Shown here: positions 24,573-34,388 of the stretch, piece after piece
How positions within the stretch are numbered: position 1 is the first letter of the stretch
Layout of the letters: each line of letters opens with the position of its first letter
Origin: a virus
Lineage: Duplodnaviria; Caudoviricetes
Virus record (IMG/VR): IMGVR_UViG_3300018089_000004
Coordinates: 1 to 34,388 of that record
Length of the DNA stretch: 34,388 nucleotides
Reading direction: 5' to 3' (one strand)
Translations under genes and position numbers: made by a program
The notes under the pieces: generated by a model
The model's input: only the letters and a program-made list of their open reading frames with translations
What the model was told of the DNA's origin: nothing
Databases searched by the model: none

Positions 24573-26427
24573 TGCTCCTCAGGTCTTTGGTCTCAGGGAC
24601 TTTTCCCTTGGCTGGGACCTTGCGTCCTCGCCCATTGATCTAGACCCGAGGGCATCTTGGGACTGCCTGAACCTCACGCTGACACCGTCCCGGGGATTGA
24701 AGAAGCGAGGCGGGATCCAACTCATGTATCCAACTTCGGCTGGGTCAGGGTCCTGGAAGATTACAGAGCTTCATGAGTACCCGTCTCCGACGGGAACCAT
24801 GATCCTGGTGGCGATCGAGGACAAGATCCGCCACTATAGCTCCGGCTGGCACACGCTGATCGACAGCTTGACCCCTGGTAAGCGCTACTCTTTTGCGGAG
24901 CACCAGGGTTACTGCTATTTGACCAACGGCGTAGATCAGATGCAGAAGCTCTATGGCACGGATGTGTCTCGTGTCGGGCTCGTGCCCCCGGCGGCTGCGC
25001 CGGCCGCAGCGACTGGGCCCACGGGGTCTCTGGATGGGACGTACCAGTACGTTTACGCCTATGAACGGGCCACGCCCAAGGAACTCATCAGTAACCCGTC
25101 CTTGATTAGCGCGGCCGTTACTGTCGCGAGCGGATCGATCGACGTCCCGGTCGTGGCTAGCGCCGACCCCCAGGTACAGTACATCCTGATCTATCGGACG
25201 CTGGACCTGGATGCTGGCGGGGATCCGACGCGGTTCTTGTTCGTGACCAGGTTGGCCAACGCAGACCAAACCTACAACGACCAAACCGACGATGCCAACC
25301 TCACGTCAGACGTTCAGTTTGACAACGGAGCGCCGCCCCTGGCCAAGTTCCTGGTCCTGCATAAGGACATGGTCTTCTACGCCAACTGTCCGAACAAAGA
25401 GGACGGTGGAAGCTTGGTTATGTGGTCCAAGGCTGGTATAGGAGAGGCCGTGCCGTCCTTGAATTACCAGTACTTCGATCGCAAAGACGGCTACGACATC
25501 ACGGGGATTGCCTCGGTCGGCGACTACCTGGTTGTCTTCAAAGAGAGCAAGCTCTTCGTGATGCCAGCAGACATGTCTTCGCAGTACTGCTTTTCTCACG
25601 AGATCGGATGTGTTGCCGGATGGAGTATCATCCAACTAGAGTACGAGATCGTATTTCTTTCCCAGCACGGCTGGTTCTCGTTTGACGGGGCTAATCTTTA
25701 CGATCTCTCCCAGTCCATTCGGCGCCCAATGATCGAAGAGGGCTACATTCGGTCGGACATTCCGGAAGCCTACTACGGAGTCCACTACGCGCTCTACGAT
25801 CGGTTCTATTCCCTCTGCGATCACCCGACCAACACGCCGCGCGTGTTCTGCGGTCAGCTTCTAATCCCGCTTCTCTACATTCGCAGCGGCATCTCCAAGG
25901 AGTCGGCGGAGAACATTGTTGGCTGGACGTACCACCAGTACCCTCACCATCACCTGACTTCGATGGCGATGTATCTGGATTCGGCCGGGGTATCGCGGCA
26001 GATGGGCGGAAGCTCGCTGGGCTACGTCTACAAGATGGACTTCGGGACGACGGACGAGGGCCACACTATCCCGTACCAGTGGCAATCTGGCTGGACATCC
26101 CTAGCCGCGGCGGCCACGGTCTTTAAGACGCTGCGCCTGGCAGTGCTGGCCTTCTTGATCGACCAGCCTCCGGTGGCTCAACTTGTCATCGAGCAGGACT
26201 TCTTGCCGGCAAAGATCATGAAAGACTTAGTGGCCGGGTACTCCGCTTACTGTGGGTATTGCTACTGCGGGGACATCCACTGCGGAGTGACGAACTCCAG
26301 GATCAATAGAATGTCTCTTGGCGGGAAGCCGACGCGCTTGTTCCGGTTCACTATAGCTGGAGACGATTCTTCAACATTTCAGCTTCAGTCTCTGACTCTA
26401 AACTATCGGACAGAGGGGGTAAGATAA
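24565..26427 (+). CDS. Tail nozzle / stabilisation protein (tail tubular protein B-like)
   Basis: 620 aa, beta-rich; GLKKRGG, YLTNG, MWSK, LVVFKE and IGCVA patterns of P22 gp10-like proteins. Confidence 0.78.
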   Translation: MYNAPQVFGLRDFSLGWDLASSPIDLDPRASWDCLNLTLTPSRGLKKRGGIQLMYPTSAGSGSWKITELHEYPSPTGTMILVAIEDKIRHYSSGWHTLIDSLTPGKRYSFAEHQGYCYLTNGVDQMQKLYGTDVSRVGLVPPAAAPAAATGPTGSLDGTYQYVYAYERATPKELISNPSLISAAVTVASGSIDVPVVASADPQVQYILIYRTLDLDAGGDPTRFLFVTRLANADQTYNDQTDDANLTSDVQFDNGAPPLAKFLVLHKDMVFYANCPNKEDGGSLVMWSKAGIGEAVPSLNYQYFDRKDGYDITGIASVGDYLVVFKESKLFVMPADMSSQYCFSHEIGCVAGWSIIQLEYEIVFLSQHGWFSFDGANLYDLSQSIRRPMIEEGYIRSDIPEAYYGVHYALYDRFYSLCDHPTNTPRVFCGQLLIPLLYIRSGISKESAENIVGWTYHQYPHHHLTSMAMYLDSAGVSRQMGGSSLGYVYKMDFGTTDEGHTIPYQWQSGWTSLAAAATVFKTLRLAVLAFLIDQPPVAQLVIEQDFLPAKIMKDLVAGYSAYCGYCYCGDIHCGVTNSRINRMSLGGKPTRLFRFTIAGDDSSTFQLQSLTLNYRTEGVR

Positions 26428-27464
26428 TGGCCGGCAACAACGTCCCCCTTATTCCGGATAGCGTCCCGACATCCCAGATTGTCGCTCTTTATAATGGCCT
26501 GGCGAATGCCATCAACAAATTGGAGCAGACGCCGTTTCCGACGGGGCCTACCGGCCCGTCAGTAACGGGCCCGACAGGGCCGTCTGTCACAGGGCCGACC
26601 GGCCCGTACGTTACGGGGCCGACTGGCCCTAGTGTTACTGGGCCAACGGGTGCCCCATCGACAGTTACCGGGCCCACGGGGCCGGCTAGTACAGTTACCG
26701 GGCCAACCGGACCGTTGCCGCCCGACGATGCCGGAACATTTTTGAATCCGGCAGTAACCGGCGCTCCCCCCGGCCCGACAGGCCCGACTGGCCCGTCGAT
26801 CACGGGCCCGACTGGGCCCAGTGTGACCGGGCCTACCGGGTCTTCGGCGACCGGCCCAACCGGCCCATCCGTGACTGGTCCGACTGGCCCGTCGATCACG
26901 GGCCCGACTGGGCCTAGCGTGACCGGGCCAACTGGCCCGGGAGTTGGTGTTACCGGTCCGACCGGCCCGTCTGTGACCGGGCCAACTGGCGCGCAGGGTG
27001 ATTCCAGCGTAACCCTCGGCCTATCCTCGGCTCAGTCCTATGTGACGTTTACTGATGATGCGTCCAGATCGAAATACTCTTCTGTTTTTGTTAAGATCAA
27101 AGAGATCAAACTAACCGCCGCATATGCGGGTTCAATTATGGCGTGGTTTGATCTCCAGACCGACACGCCAGGAAATACTGTCTATGGCCGCGTGTATGTC
27201 AACGGCGTGGCCAGGGGCGCTATCCACAGCGATGCCAGCGGAGAACAGGTCAGCTTCAGCGATGCTATTTCCGGACCGTTTAACACTAACGACCTTATCC
27301 AAGTTTACGTTCACTACGCCGCGGGCCATCCGGCCACGGCCTATGTCAGTAACTTTGATCTCTTCTTCGGATGGACTATTGCGTCGATTGATGGGCACGC
27401 TCTCGTAACGCCGTTGCCCGTAACTGATACAACTGCCTTGAGCGCCGTGGCTCAGGATCCATAA
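26427..27464 (+). CDS. Collagen-like tail fibre with C-terminal beta domain
   Basis: TGPTGPS repeats followed by a ~150 aa beta-rich head. Confidence 0.78.
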   Translation: MAGNNVPLIPDSVPTSQIVALYNGLANAINKLEQTPFPTGPTGPSVTGPTGPSVTGPTGPYVTGPTGPSVTGPTGAPSTVTGPTGPASTVTGPTGPLPPDDAGTFLNPAVTGAPPGPTGPTGPSITGPTGPSVTGPTGSSATGPTGPSVTGPTGPSITGPTGPSVTGPTGPGVGVTGPTGPSVTGPTGAQGDSSVTLGLSSAQSYVTFTDDASRSKYSSVFVKIKEIKLTAAYAGSIMAWFDLQTDTPGNTVYGRVYVNGVARGAIHSDASGEQVSFSDAISGPFNTNDLIQVYVHYAAGHPATAYVSNFDLFFGWTIASIDGHALVTPLPVTDTTALSAVAQDP

Positions 27465-27631
27465 TGGCCAAAGACCTTTCTCACATTGCACTGCCGATGC
27501 GGACGACCGATCCGCGACAGAATCAGTTCATGGAAAAAGTCTGTCAGAAGATCAATGACATCATTGACTATCTGGCTGTTCACGGGAATGGCCCGACAGG
27601 CCCAACGGGACCAACGGGCCCGGTTAGCTAG
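27464..27631 (+). CDS. Small tail protein (55 aa) ending in GPT repeats
   Basis: Not in the ORF track. TAATG overlap; [11 protein letters not shown]...KINDIIDYL...[13 protein letters not shown]. Confidence 0.7.
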   Translation: MAKDLSHIALPMRTTDPRQNQFMEKVCQKINDIIDYLAVHGNGPTGPTGPTGPVS

Positions 27632-27639
27632 GGGCTATC

Positions 27640-29163
27640 ATGGCGAGACAAATTAGACGCGGACCACAAGCAGATCTTATTACTTGCGGTCCGTTGGCAA
27701 ACGGAGAACTCGGCCTTGTGACAGACACGGGGCAGGTGGTTATCGGTGGCCCAACGGGCACCTATCCGATTACTCATGTTGTTACGCCCAAGATGTACGG
27801 AGCCGCAGAAGACGGGGCCACGGACGACACGGCCGCAATTCTTGCGGCTATCGCGGCGACCCCTGCGGGCGGAGAGTTGCAGTTTAGCCCGGGCAAAGAC
27901 TACTTGTTTTCTGGTAAGTTGTCATTTCCCACGAGAATAAAGGTAACAAGCAATGGTAACATCGAATCTACCTCTACCGTTGCCAGGCTTATTAAAAAGT
28001 CTACTTATAACGGAACGGGGATGGAGATTACAGCACCTTCGCTTGTTATGTCAGGCATTAAAGTAGATGGCCAGAACGGTAACGGTGGCGATGGAATTGT
28101 TGTCCTGGCGTCTGGAGTTCGCCTTGACGATGTTGCCGCACACCGCCAGGGCGGCAACGGTATTCGTATCGGAGCGGACAGCGGCGGCTATCAGGCTAAT
28201 GCGTTTGTATTAACACGAATTGCTACCATAGGGAATGGTGGTCATGGCGTGAAAGTATCTAGCGCCACGACAGACGCCAACGCCGGGGTGATTCTGGGAT
28301 TACAATCTGACCTTAACGGCGGCGACGGCCTCTATCTTGGAAAATGCGTAGCCAACGTCTTGGTGGGTATTTTAACCGAGGCCAACACCGGGTGGGGCGT
28401 CACCTGTTCTGCGGACTCGGTGGGCAATACGTTTGTTGGCGGCGATATGTGGGAAGGCAACGGAACTGGCCAGGTTCAAGATCTGGGCCAAAGCAATACA
28501 TTCTTGGGCGTGGCCGGCATCCCAAGCGGGACTGGCGTTGGAAGAACAGTTCTTCCATGGGGATATGCTGCGTGGCCAACCCTCGTCAAATTGCTCATCA
28601 ACAACGAAAACATTGCCAATGACCCGGGCTTAGCGCTGAAGATAGTCGGATATGCCGCAGACACAAGTTATTCAGCGGATGGCGTGGGCTTATTGCTTTT
28701 ACACAACGCCGCGGGCAATCGCCAATTTTGGCTGGGAGATCTTATATCTGGAGCCGGTGTTAAATTTACTGGCACGCCCGGCCTTGGCGGCCATAACAAA
28801 ATTTCTGGACTTGTCACCAAGCTGTATCTTCAAGAAGCCCTGGGACATCTTATTATCGGGTATCCGCAAGATCGCACGGCGCTTGTAACAATCCACAATT
28901 ATTCAGGTGTCGGGTCTGACACTGTCTTGGATGTGCACGGGGCAAGCGATCAGAGTGGGCATCTGATTGATGCTGAAAACCATGGCGACAGTAACGGTGC
29001 GAAGTTTTCAGTCGATGACGCAGGCAACGTAGTGTGCGCTGGTGTTTATCAAAGCGGAAGCTCTGCTGGGGTCACTGCAGATGTTGCTGTCGCCAAAGTT
29101 GGCGGCGGCACTCGTACACTGCACTTTGTCGGGGGTCTTTATACTGGATATACGGATTCGTAA
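27640..29163 (+). CDS. Tailspike with pectate-lyase-like beta-helix
   Basis: N-terminal QIRRG...GELGLVTDT anchor, MYGAAEDGATDDTAAILAAI motif and G/N-rich NGGDG(I/L) repeats. Confidence 0.82.
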   Translation: MARQIRRGPQADLITCGPLANGELGLVTDTGQVVIGGPTGTYPITHVVTPKMYGAAEDGATDDTAAILAAIAATPAGGELQFSPGKDYLFSGKLSFPTRIKVTSNGNIESTSTVARLIKKSTYNGTGMEITAPSLVMSGIKVDGQNGNGGDGIVVLASGVRLDDVAAHRQGGNGIRIGADSGGYQANAFVLTRIATIGNGGHGVKVSSATTDANAGVILGLQSDLNGGDGLYLGKCVANVLVGILTEANTGWGVTCSADSVGNTFVGGDMWEGNGTGQVQDLGQSNTFLGVAGIPSGTGVGRTVLPWGYAAWPTLVKLLINNENIANDPGLALKIVGYAADTSYSADGVGLLLLHNAAGNRQFWLGDLISGAGVKFTGTPGLGGHNKISGLVTKLYLQEALGHLIIGYPQDRTALVTIHNYSGVGSDTVLDVHGASDQSGHLIDAENHGDSNGAKFSVDDAGNVVCAGVYQSGSSAGVTADVAVAKVGGGTRTLHFVGGLYTGYTDS

Positions 29164-29172
29164 GGAGTTATC

Positions 29173-30456
29173 ATGAGCGTTCCCACAAAACCTTGGGTTT
29201 GGGTGGACAGCGAGGGGCCCGACGGCCTCATCAATGCCGCTCGTCTAAACGACGACTTTGATGCCCTCTATGATATTCTCGATGGCCTACTGAGCCCGGA
29301 CAACGTCCTGCCGCAAACGCTGGGCGGGGAGGACGCTATCTGTCTGTCTGACTCCGCCATGCAGATTAGCGCGCAGTGGTCCTTTGCGGTGGATCCGCTC
29401 TTGCCGGTGGATACGCTCATCGCCCAGCTTGGCGTTGCCCAAGCCTGGACTGCCAAGCAGACCTTTTCTGCGGGCGTTGACTTCGATAACTTTGCGGTTG
29501 AGAATCTGATTCTGAAGGCCGAGACGTTGCCGGCGGCCGGACCGGCACTGAAGGGCCGGGTGGCCTATCAGCAGAGCGACAATCACTATTACGGGTGCAA
29601 TGGTTCTGCCTGGATTCAACTGGACTATATCGGTGGCTATACCGGTGGTACGGTGGTCGGCTATTCTACGAATCTTCAGGTGGACGACCTGGACTCGGAG
29701 AGCATGTTCTTCAAGACTGTGGGTGTTTCTCCGACAGTCAAGATTGCTCTTAAGGGGTTGCCGTTCCCGAAGCGACACTATGCCATTCTGGCGTACCACG
29801 ACCACGACCTGACCATGAACTCGCATATTCACGCGATTGTGGATCCCGGCCACATTCACAATACCATCATGGGATCTCATGGCCATGTGGGGACGTTCGG
29901 CCTAGGTACGCACTATCATCCGATCAGCATTGCTACGCAAAAGCAATCTGTTGACCACGCGCATCAGTACCATCGACCGGCTTTTGAGTCCAGCGATTAC
30001 ATTTATACGCTTGGCGAATCTGCTGACCACGTCCATTCGATCCTCGGCAGTACCGACGTCCCCAGCGCTACAGGCGGGGTGCAGGACAAAGACCTCGGCA
30101 CGATCGCCTCTCAGCTTGCCTACGTGGCCGCGACCGTGGCTGGTGCGGTCGCTACGGGTACGATCGCAAAGTCCGGAGTTAACGCCGGCCTGACGCTGGA
30201 TACGGCTGTCAAAGCTTATGGTGACGGTCTATTGGTGGACATCGATGGCACCGACGTTACATCGCTGATTCTGGCTGCCACCGGCTGGGCTGCGATCGGT
30301 GACGGCACGAACACGCATGCGTTTCATACCACGGGGACGGGCGAGATGGACATTTCCTCGTGGTTGTCTTTTGCTCCTGGGTTGCACACGATCCGTGTTC
30401 AGGAGCCAGTTTTGGGGCGTGGCTGTAAGGTCATGCTCCATTGTGAGGTAAGCTAA
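29173..30456 (+). CDS. Tail fibre / needle protein with HxH repeats
   Basis: HDH, HIH, HIH, HGH, HYH, HAH and HVH motifs, as in metal-binding fibre tips. Confidence 0.72.
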   Translation: MSVPTKPWVWVDSEGPDGLINAARLNDDFDALYDILDGLLSPDNVLPQTLGGEDAICLSDSAMQISAQWSFAVDPLLPVDTLIAQLGVAQAWTAKQTFSAGVDFDNFAVENLILKAETLPAAGPALKGRVAYQQSDNHYYGCNGSAWIQLDYIGGYTGGTVVGYSTNLQVDDLDSESMFFKTVGVSPTVKIALKGLPFPKRHYAILAYHDHDLTMNSHIHAIVDPGHIHNTIMGSHGHVGTFGLGTHYHPISIATQKQSVDHAHQYHRPAFESSDYIYTLGESADHVHSILGSTDVPSATGGVQDKDLGTIASQLAYVAATVAGAVATGTIAKSGVNAGLTLDTAVKAYGDGLLVDIDGTDVTSLILAATGWAAIGDGTNTHAFHTTGTGEMDISSWLSFAPGLHTIRVQEPVLGRGCKVMLHCEVS

Positions 30457-31028
30457 TGCCTTTTATGCCTGTCAGTTATTCTCAAGACAATCAGTTGATC
30501 CCGACGCAGTTGGCGCCGTCTGCCAACCCCTTCTCCATGGCCCCGTCCTTCGTGCCGGGCGTTGACACCCAGCAAAGCGGTGGCGGCCTCGGGAGTGGTA
30601 TGGGTATCCTGGGTGAGTTGATGAACCTTAGCCCAGGCGGGCTGGGGGCTAGTCTTCTGACCGGCGGTGTTGGTGGTATTTTCCAGGGCCTCGGTGCCAG
30701 CATGGCCGCGGCCGCGCAGCGTCGGCAGATGCAGAAGCTCAAGGACTGGGAGTTCCAGCGTGTTCAGCAGACCCTGTCTCCCCAGGCCCTGTCGAATAAG
30801 GGTATGTACGTTAATCCCTATTCTCAGGGTGTGACTGATACCTACACCAATGCCGTCATGGGCAATCTCATGTCCAAGCTTGGCCAGGACACCCTGTCTA
30901 AGTGGGGTATCAACTTTTCCCCCGTCTCGAGCGCGGGTGAGACCGGATCGACCCAGAACCAGATGGCTCAGTACTCTAAGGGCAACGCGCAGGCGTTGCT
31001 TAATAAGTACGGCTTCGGCCAGGGATAA
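30456..31028 (+). CDS. Internal virion / ejection protein
   Basis: G/A/S/Q-rich with a glycine-zipper-like segment; lies after the tail genes. Confidence 0.6.
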   Translation: MPFMPVSYSQDNQLIPTQLAPSANPFSMAPSFVPGVDTQQSGGGLGSGMGILGELMNLSPGGLGASLLTGGVGGIFQGLGASMAAAAQRRQMQKLKDWEFQRVQQTLSPQALSNKGMYVNPYSQGVTDTYTNAVMGNLMSKLGQDTLSKWGINFSPVSSAGETGSTQNQMAQYSKGNAQALLNKYGFGQG

Positions 31029-31038
31029 GGAGGCGCAC

Positions 31039-31824
31039 GTGACTAATCCCTATCAGGGCATCGCTTCTCCTTACGCTGATCTTTATCAGCGGTACAACCG
31101 TAACCAAGACTCTGACGTCGGGCCAACGTACCAGAACCCGACCCTCGCCGGGATTACTCGCTCGGCCGCGGCCCCGGCGCCCGCTCCGAGACCATTTGGA
31201 TCTCCGACGGCCGGGATCACCGGGCCCAACCAGTACGTTGGCCAGCCGGCGGCTAAGCCGGCTTCTCCGTCCGACGTCAACACAGTGGACATCACGAGCA
31301 AGCTCCCGGACTACCTCCAGAACATTGCGGGCTCGCTGGCCAGTCTTCTGAAGCCACCCACCTTGCCGATCGGCACGACCGCCAAGGAAACCCAGTCCCT
31401 TATCAATCAGAACCGCCTGAACGTTCAGGGTAACACCAACACTGCCCTAGAACAGGCCAGGGAGAGCCTTGGCCGGGCCGGGCTCGAGGGTGGGGAGTCT
31501 GGGGTTGCCGACTCGGCCTTGAACCAGATCATTCGTACCGGTCAGTCCAACTTGGCCGCGTCCAACACGGACATCATCAACAACCTCATCCAGCAGCGTT
31601 TTCAACAGAATGCTGCTCAGCAGCAGCTATACCAGGGCCAGCTTGGGACATTGGCCAGCCTCATGGGTGCTCTATATCCGTCGGCTACGTTCGCTCAGCA
31701 GTTCCCCTATGAGCAGCAGCAGGACGCTCTTAGTCTTTTGCAGGCTCTCTACGGGAATACGATCAATGCTGGGCAGAGCGCTTGGGCCCCGTACATGAGC
31801 GCAACCGGAAGTATTTACAGTTAA
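31039..31824 (+). CDS. Internal virion / ejection protein
   Basis: Start revised to GTG 31039 (AAGGAGG). Q/N-rich; LGRAGL..SG motif. Confidence 0.65.
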   Translation: MTNPYQGIASPYADLYQRYNRNQDSDVGPTYQNPTLAGITRSAAAPAPAPRPFGSPTAGITGPNQYVGQPAAKPASPSDVNTVDITSKLPDYLQNIAGSLASLLKPPTLPIGTTAKETQSLINQNRLNVQGNTNTALEQARESLGRAGLEGGESGVADSALNQIIRTGQSNLAASNTDIINNLIQQRFQQNAAQQQLYQGQLGTLASLMGALYPSATFAQQFPYEQQQDALSLLQALYGNTINAGQSAWAPYMSATGSIYS

Positions 31825-31833
31825 GGAGCTACC

Positions 31834-33066
31834 ATGGCAGACCCTAGCATCGGCGCCGGTCTTTTTAGTGGGCTATCCGAGGGCCTGCTCGGCTGGGCGA
31901 AGTCTCGAAACGAGGCCGCCGACGCCGAGGCGGAGCGCCAGTCTGCCTGGGCCGACTTTGTGGCAAAGAGCAGATTTCAACAGGACTTGTCTGATGCTGC
32001 CAGTGACAAGGCCCTGAAGCGTCAGGAGGCCCTGTACGATTACGAGCAGCGGGCGAAGGCCTTCGCCGACCAATACGACAATGACCCGGACTTGGCTCCG
32101 ATCGTCAAGAGAGTCCTCACAAACGATCCGACCGTCACGGCCCAAGACAAGGCCATCTACAATGCGGCCAGAGAGGCGTTTGGCCATCTCTCGGCCGGAC
32201 AGGCGCTGCCTGATGCCGTCCTGGCCAACGTGGGGGCCGTGGGGATGCCTGTGGGCACGCATGCCCACATCTTGGCGGTCAACCAGGCCAACAAGGACGT
32301 TCTGGATCAGAAGAAGCGCGCTGCCGAAGCCTTGACGTCGGAGACGGAGCTTCGTAGGGCTCAGGCGGAGGACATCGCTGAGCGCCCGTGGAAGCTGACA
32401 GTACAAGAGCACGGAAAGGATGAGCGGGCCCGGGCAACACAGAACAAGGCTGCCGGGGTGTTGATGGGTCAGTACGATACCGCGATCGCTAACTACAAGA
32501 TTAAGCAGGCCGCTGCCCAGAAGGATTACGCGGCCGCCAAGACAGACGCGCTAAAACAGGCTGCGGTAGCCAAGCTGGATGCCTACGGCAAGGAGATCGA
32601 CCGGATTAAGGCCCTCAAGGAACAGGTCAAGAACACGTCCCTGTCGCAAGCCCTCGTTCAGGCCGAGACGTCGAAGAGCCCTGGCATGCAGGAGATTGCT
32701 GCTACGATCGGTGAAACTCTCGCCGCGGCCCCTGAGCCGACGCAAGAGGAAAAAAGTCAGGCACAGCGAGAGGCGGCCAGCAGGAAGCTTCCTCCGGGCA
32801 TGGAGAAGAAACACGGGGTAGTAATGCCGATCCCCAGCGAAGCCGTAAGGAACCTGGAGTTCGAGAAAGAAACCAACGCGATGGCGTGGCCAGGGCCCGG
32901 AGGTACGATTCCTCCTGCCGGGACAGTAACCAACAAGCCTAACCCGAAAGACGTGCCCGAGGAAATGCCTCCCTCTATCGATCGAGCTATCGACGGGCAG
33001 CTTTATCGGACAGCCAAGGGGTTGGCGCGGTGGGACGCTTCTAAGAAGAAATTCATCGGAGTGTAG
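31834..33066 (+). CDS. Internal virion / ejection protein
   Basis: GLFSGLSEG N-terminus and Ala/Lys/Glu coiled coil; AAGGAG SD. Confidence 0.65.
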   Translation: MADPSIGAGLFSGLSEGLLGWAKSRNEAADAEAERQSAWADFVAKSRFQQDLSDAASDKALKRQEALYDYEQRAKAFADQYDNDPDLAPIVKRVLTNDPTVTAQDKAIYNAAREAFGHLSAGQALPDAVLANVGAVGMPVGTHAHILAVNQANKDVLDQKKRAAEALTSETELRRAQAEDIAERPWKLTVQEHGKDERARATQNKAAGVLMGQYDTAIANYKIKQAAAQKDYAAAKTDALKQAAVAKLDAYGKEIDRIKALKEQVKNTSLSQALVQAETSKSPGMQEIAATIGETLAAAPEPTQEEKSQAQREAASRKLPPGMEKKHGVVMPIPSEAVRNLEFEKETNAMAWPGPGGTIPPAGTVTNKPNPKDVPEEMPPSIDRAIDGQLYRTAKGLARWDASKKKFIGV

Positions 33067-33068
33067 CC

Positions 33069-33395
33069 ATGGCTGATCTACCGGTCGATCCCAATGCCTT
33101 TCCGGCAGGATTTGAGTTGCTGAAGCGGCTACTGAGCGTCTTTACGGCGCCAGGGCCTCTTGCTATACAGAATCTCCCCGGGGCGGTCTTTAGGCCGGAG
33201 ATCATGACGGGATCTCCGAGGACACAGCAGGAGGCATGGCCTCCGCCAGAGCCGCCCGTTCCATCCACGCCGCCCGGGTTTGATCTAGACATGTCGAAGA
33301 TCTCCCCGGCGCCGCAGCTTCCTCCAGAGCTTCAGGCGTACATGATGGCCCTGCAGAAGCGGCAACTACTTAGCCTCATCCCTCAAGGTAGGTAA
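33069..33395 (+). CDS. Pro-rich hypothetical protein
   Basis: 108 aa, tightly packed between its neighbours. Confidence 0.6.
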   Translation: MADLPVDPNAFPAGFELLKRLLSVFTAPGPLAIQNLPGAVFRPEIMTGSPRTQQEAWPPPEPPVPSTPPGFDLDMSKISPAPQLPPELQAYMMALQKRQLLSLIPQGR

Positions 33396-34388
33396 TGGAA
33401 TTTACTTTCGACGAAGCCTCTGACCAGACCGGTAAAGAAATCAGTCCGGTCGAGGCCTACCGGTTTAATCCGAAACAGCCTACCGGGCCAAAGGAGTTCT
33501 CCTTCGACGAAGCTAAGCCCGCGGAACAGACCGATGAGGTAGCTAACTTCCTACACGAAGCTGCTGCCCAAGGTATCCATGGCTATGCCGCCATCTTGGC
33601 TGGGCTCGAGGCTCTGGGCCCAAGGAAGATCGGGGAGTGGCTCGGCCAGAAGAAATTCCTACCAGACTGGATGGAAGAGCAGGCTGAGGCGCAGCACGCC
33701 AAGACTCACCCGGGCTTGGCCCGGGACATCGGCGGCGCTGTTGGCGGCCTGTCTACTCTGCCTGTGTATGGAGCCCTGTCCGAACTTATCGGACCAGTCG
33801 CAGCTTTTGCGGCGCTGGGGGGTATTCAGCACGCCCCAGAGGGCTTTGGACAGACGATCAAGGGCGCTGGCGTGGGGGCCTTGACCGGGGCCCTCCTGGG
33901 CCCTGCTGGCCGCCTTTCTGAGTACGGCGCCCTAGGCAAGCTGGCGTCGATCCCTGCCCAGGCCGGGGTCATGGCAGGGACAGGGATGCTTGAGGGTGGC
34001 ACGAGTCGGGAAGACATCCTTAAGAACGCCATCATGGGCGGTGGTTTCGGGGCCTGGGGCTTGGCTAAGCAGCACCTTGCTATGCGTCAGTTCTACAGAG
34101 AGCAGGCCCAGGCTCTCGGCGCTACGGACGAGTCCGTTCGACCGTATGGTGGATACAAGAAGTGGCTCGAGACTTCTCCAGAAGCCCGGGCTAGTGGCAT
34201 CGCTCCAGAGCCGAAAGCCCCGGCCGAGATGTCCTTCGAGGATGCGACAAGTCCGGCCTTTCGAGAAGGCTTGCCGGATCGGCGAGGGAACACCGAGACT
34301 GAGACGCGTTACCGGGACATGACCCAGCGGGTCATGAATGGTGAAGGCACTCCGGAAGAAGAGGCTGCCGTGCGCGGATCTCAGATCC
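33395..34388 (+). CDS. Large internal virion protein, N-terminal part (runs off the window)
   Basis: Not in the ORF track. TAATG overlap; MEFTFDEASDQ...; FSFDEA-like repeats and G/A-rich helices; frame open to the window end. Confidence 0.75.
   Translation, partial: MEFTFDEASDQTGKEISPVEAYRFNPKQPTGPKEFSFDEAKPAEQTDEVANFLHEAAAQGIHGYAAILAGLEALGPRKIGEWLGQKKFLPDWMEEQAEAQHAKTHPGLARDIGGAVGGLSTLPVYGALSELIGPVAAFAALGGIQHAPEGFGQTIKGAGVGALTGALLGPAGRLSEYGALGKLASIPAQAGVMAGTGMLEGGTSREDILKNAIMGGGFGAWGLAKQHLAMRQFYREQAQALGATDESVRPYGGYKKWLETSPEARASGIAPEPKAPAEMSFEDATSPAFREGLPDRRGNTETETRYRDMTQRVMNGEGTPEEEAAVRGSQI

Larger units (their letters stand above)
1..34388. mobile_element. Tailed dsDNA bacteriophage (Caudoviricetes, podovirus-like) genome segment
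   Basis: Plus strand has TerS-TerL-portal-scaffold-capsid-adaptor-nozzle-fibre-internal protein order with no tape measure or sheath. Minus strand has a divergent replication module. No host housekeeping genes, integrase or att site are visible. Confidence 0.96.

Noticed and set aside
26427-30456. Diversity-generating retroelement acting on tail fibres
   Set aside because: No reverse transcriptase and no TR/VR repeat pair were seen in the window.
11270-34322. Long minus-strand and alternate-frame ORFs across the structural arm (e.g. 17680-18504, 19105-19953, 20890-21804, 22935-23804, 33579-33884)
   Set aside because: They are shadow frames of well-supported plus-strand genes, with no motifs or RBS.

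Overview
The whole window is part of a tailed dsDNA bacteriophage genome with podovirus-like organisation and no host genes. The left arm (minus strand, 1-10070) has a replication/recombination module: a DEDD exonuclease truncated by the window edge, an FmdB-like Zn ribbon, a Prim-Pol/helicase fusion, a Cas4-like PD-(D/E)XK nuclease, an SSB-like protein and two EndoVII-type HNH genes. Upstream of it is an array of 11 small early genes (6805-10070). A ~1.1 kb non-coding control region (10071-11242) follows. The right arm (plus strand) has lysis-like genes, TerS/TerL, portal, scaffold, major capsid, adaptor, nozzle, collagen-like fibres, a tailspike and internal virion proteins, plus three more free-standing HNH genes. 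The most striking feature is in the early operon. A consensus sigma54 promoter drives a ~400-nt structured leader that contains a hammerhead ribozyme core (CUGAUGA...GAAAC, with stem II and a loop-II pseudoknot). Its stem-I arm (UCCUCCA) is complementary to the 9-nt motif GUC^UGGAGG, which occurs ten times. Each copy lies between a GC-rich hairpin and the start codon of an early gene. I infer that one ribozyme may cut the polycistronic early mRNA at ten sites into nearly monocistronic units. This comes from reading the sequence by eye and has not been tested or searched against databases.
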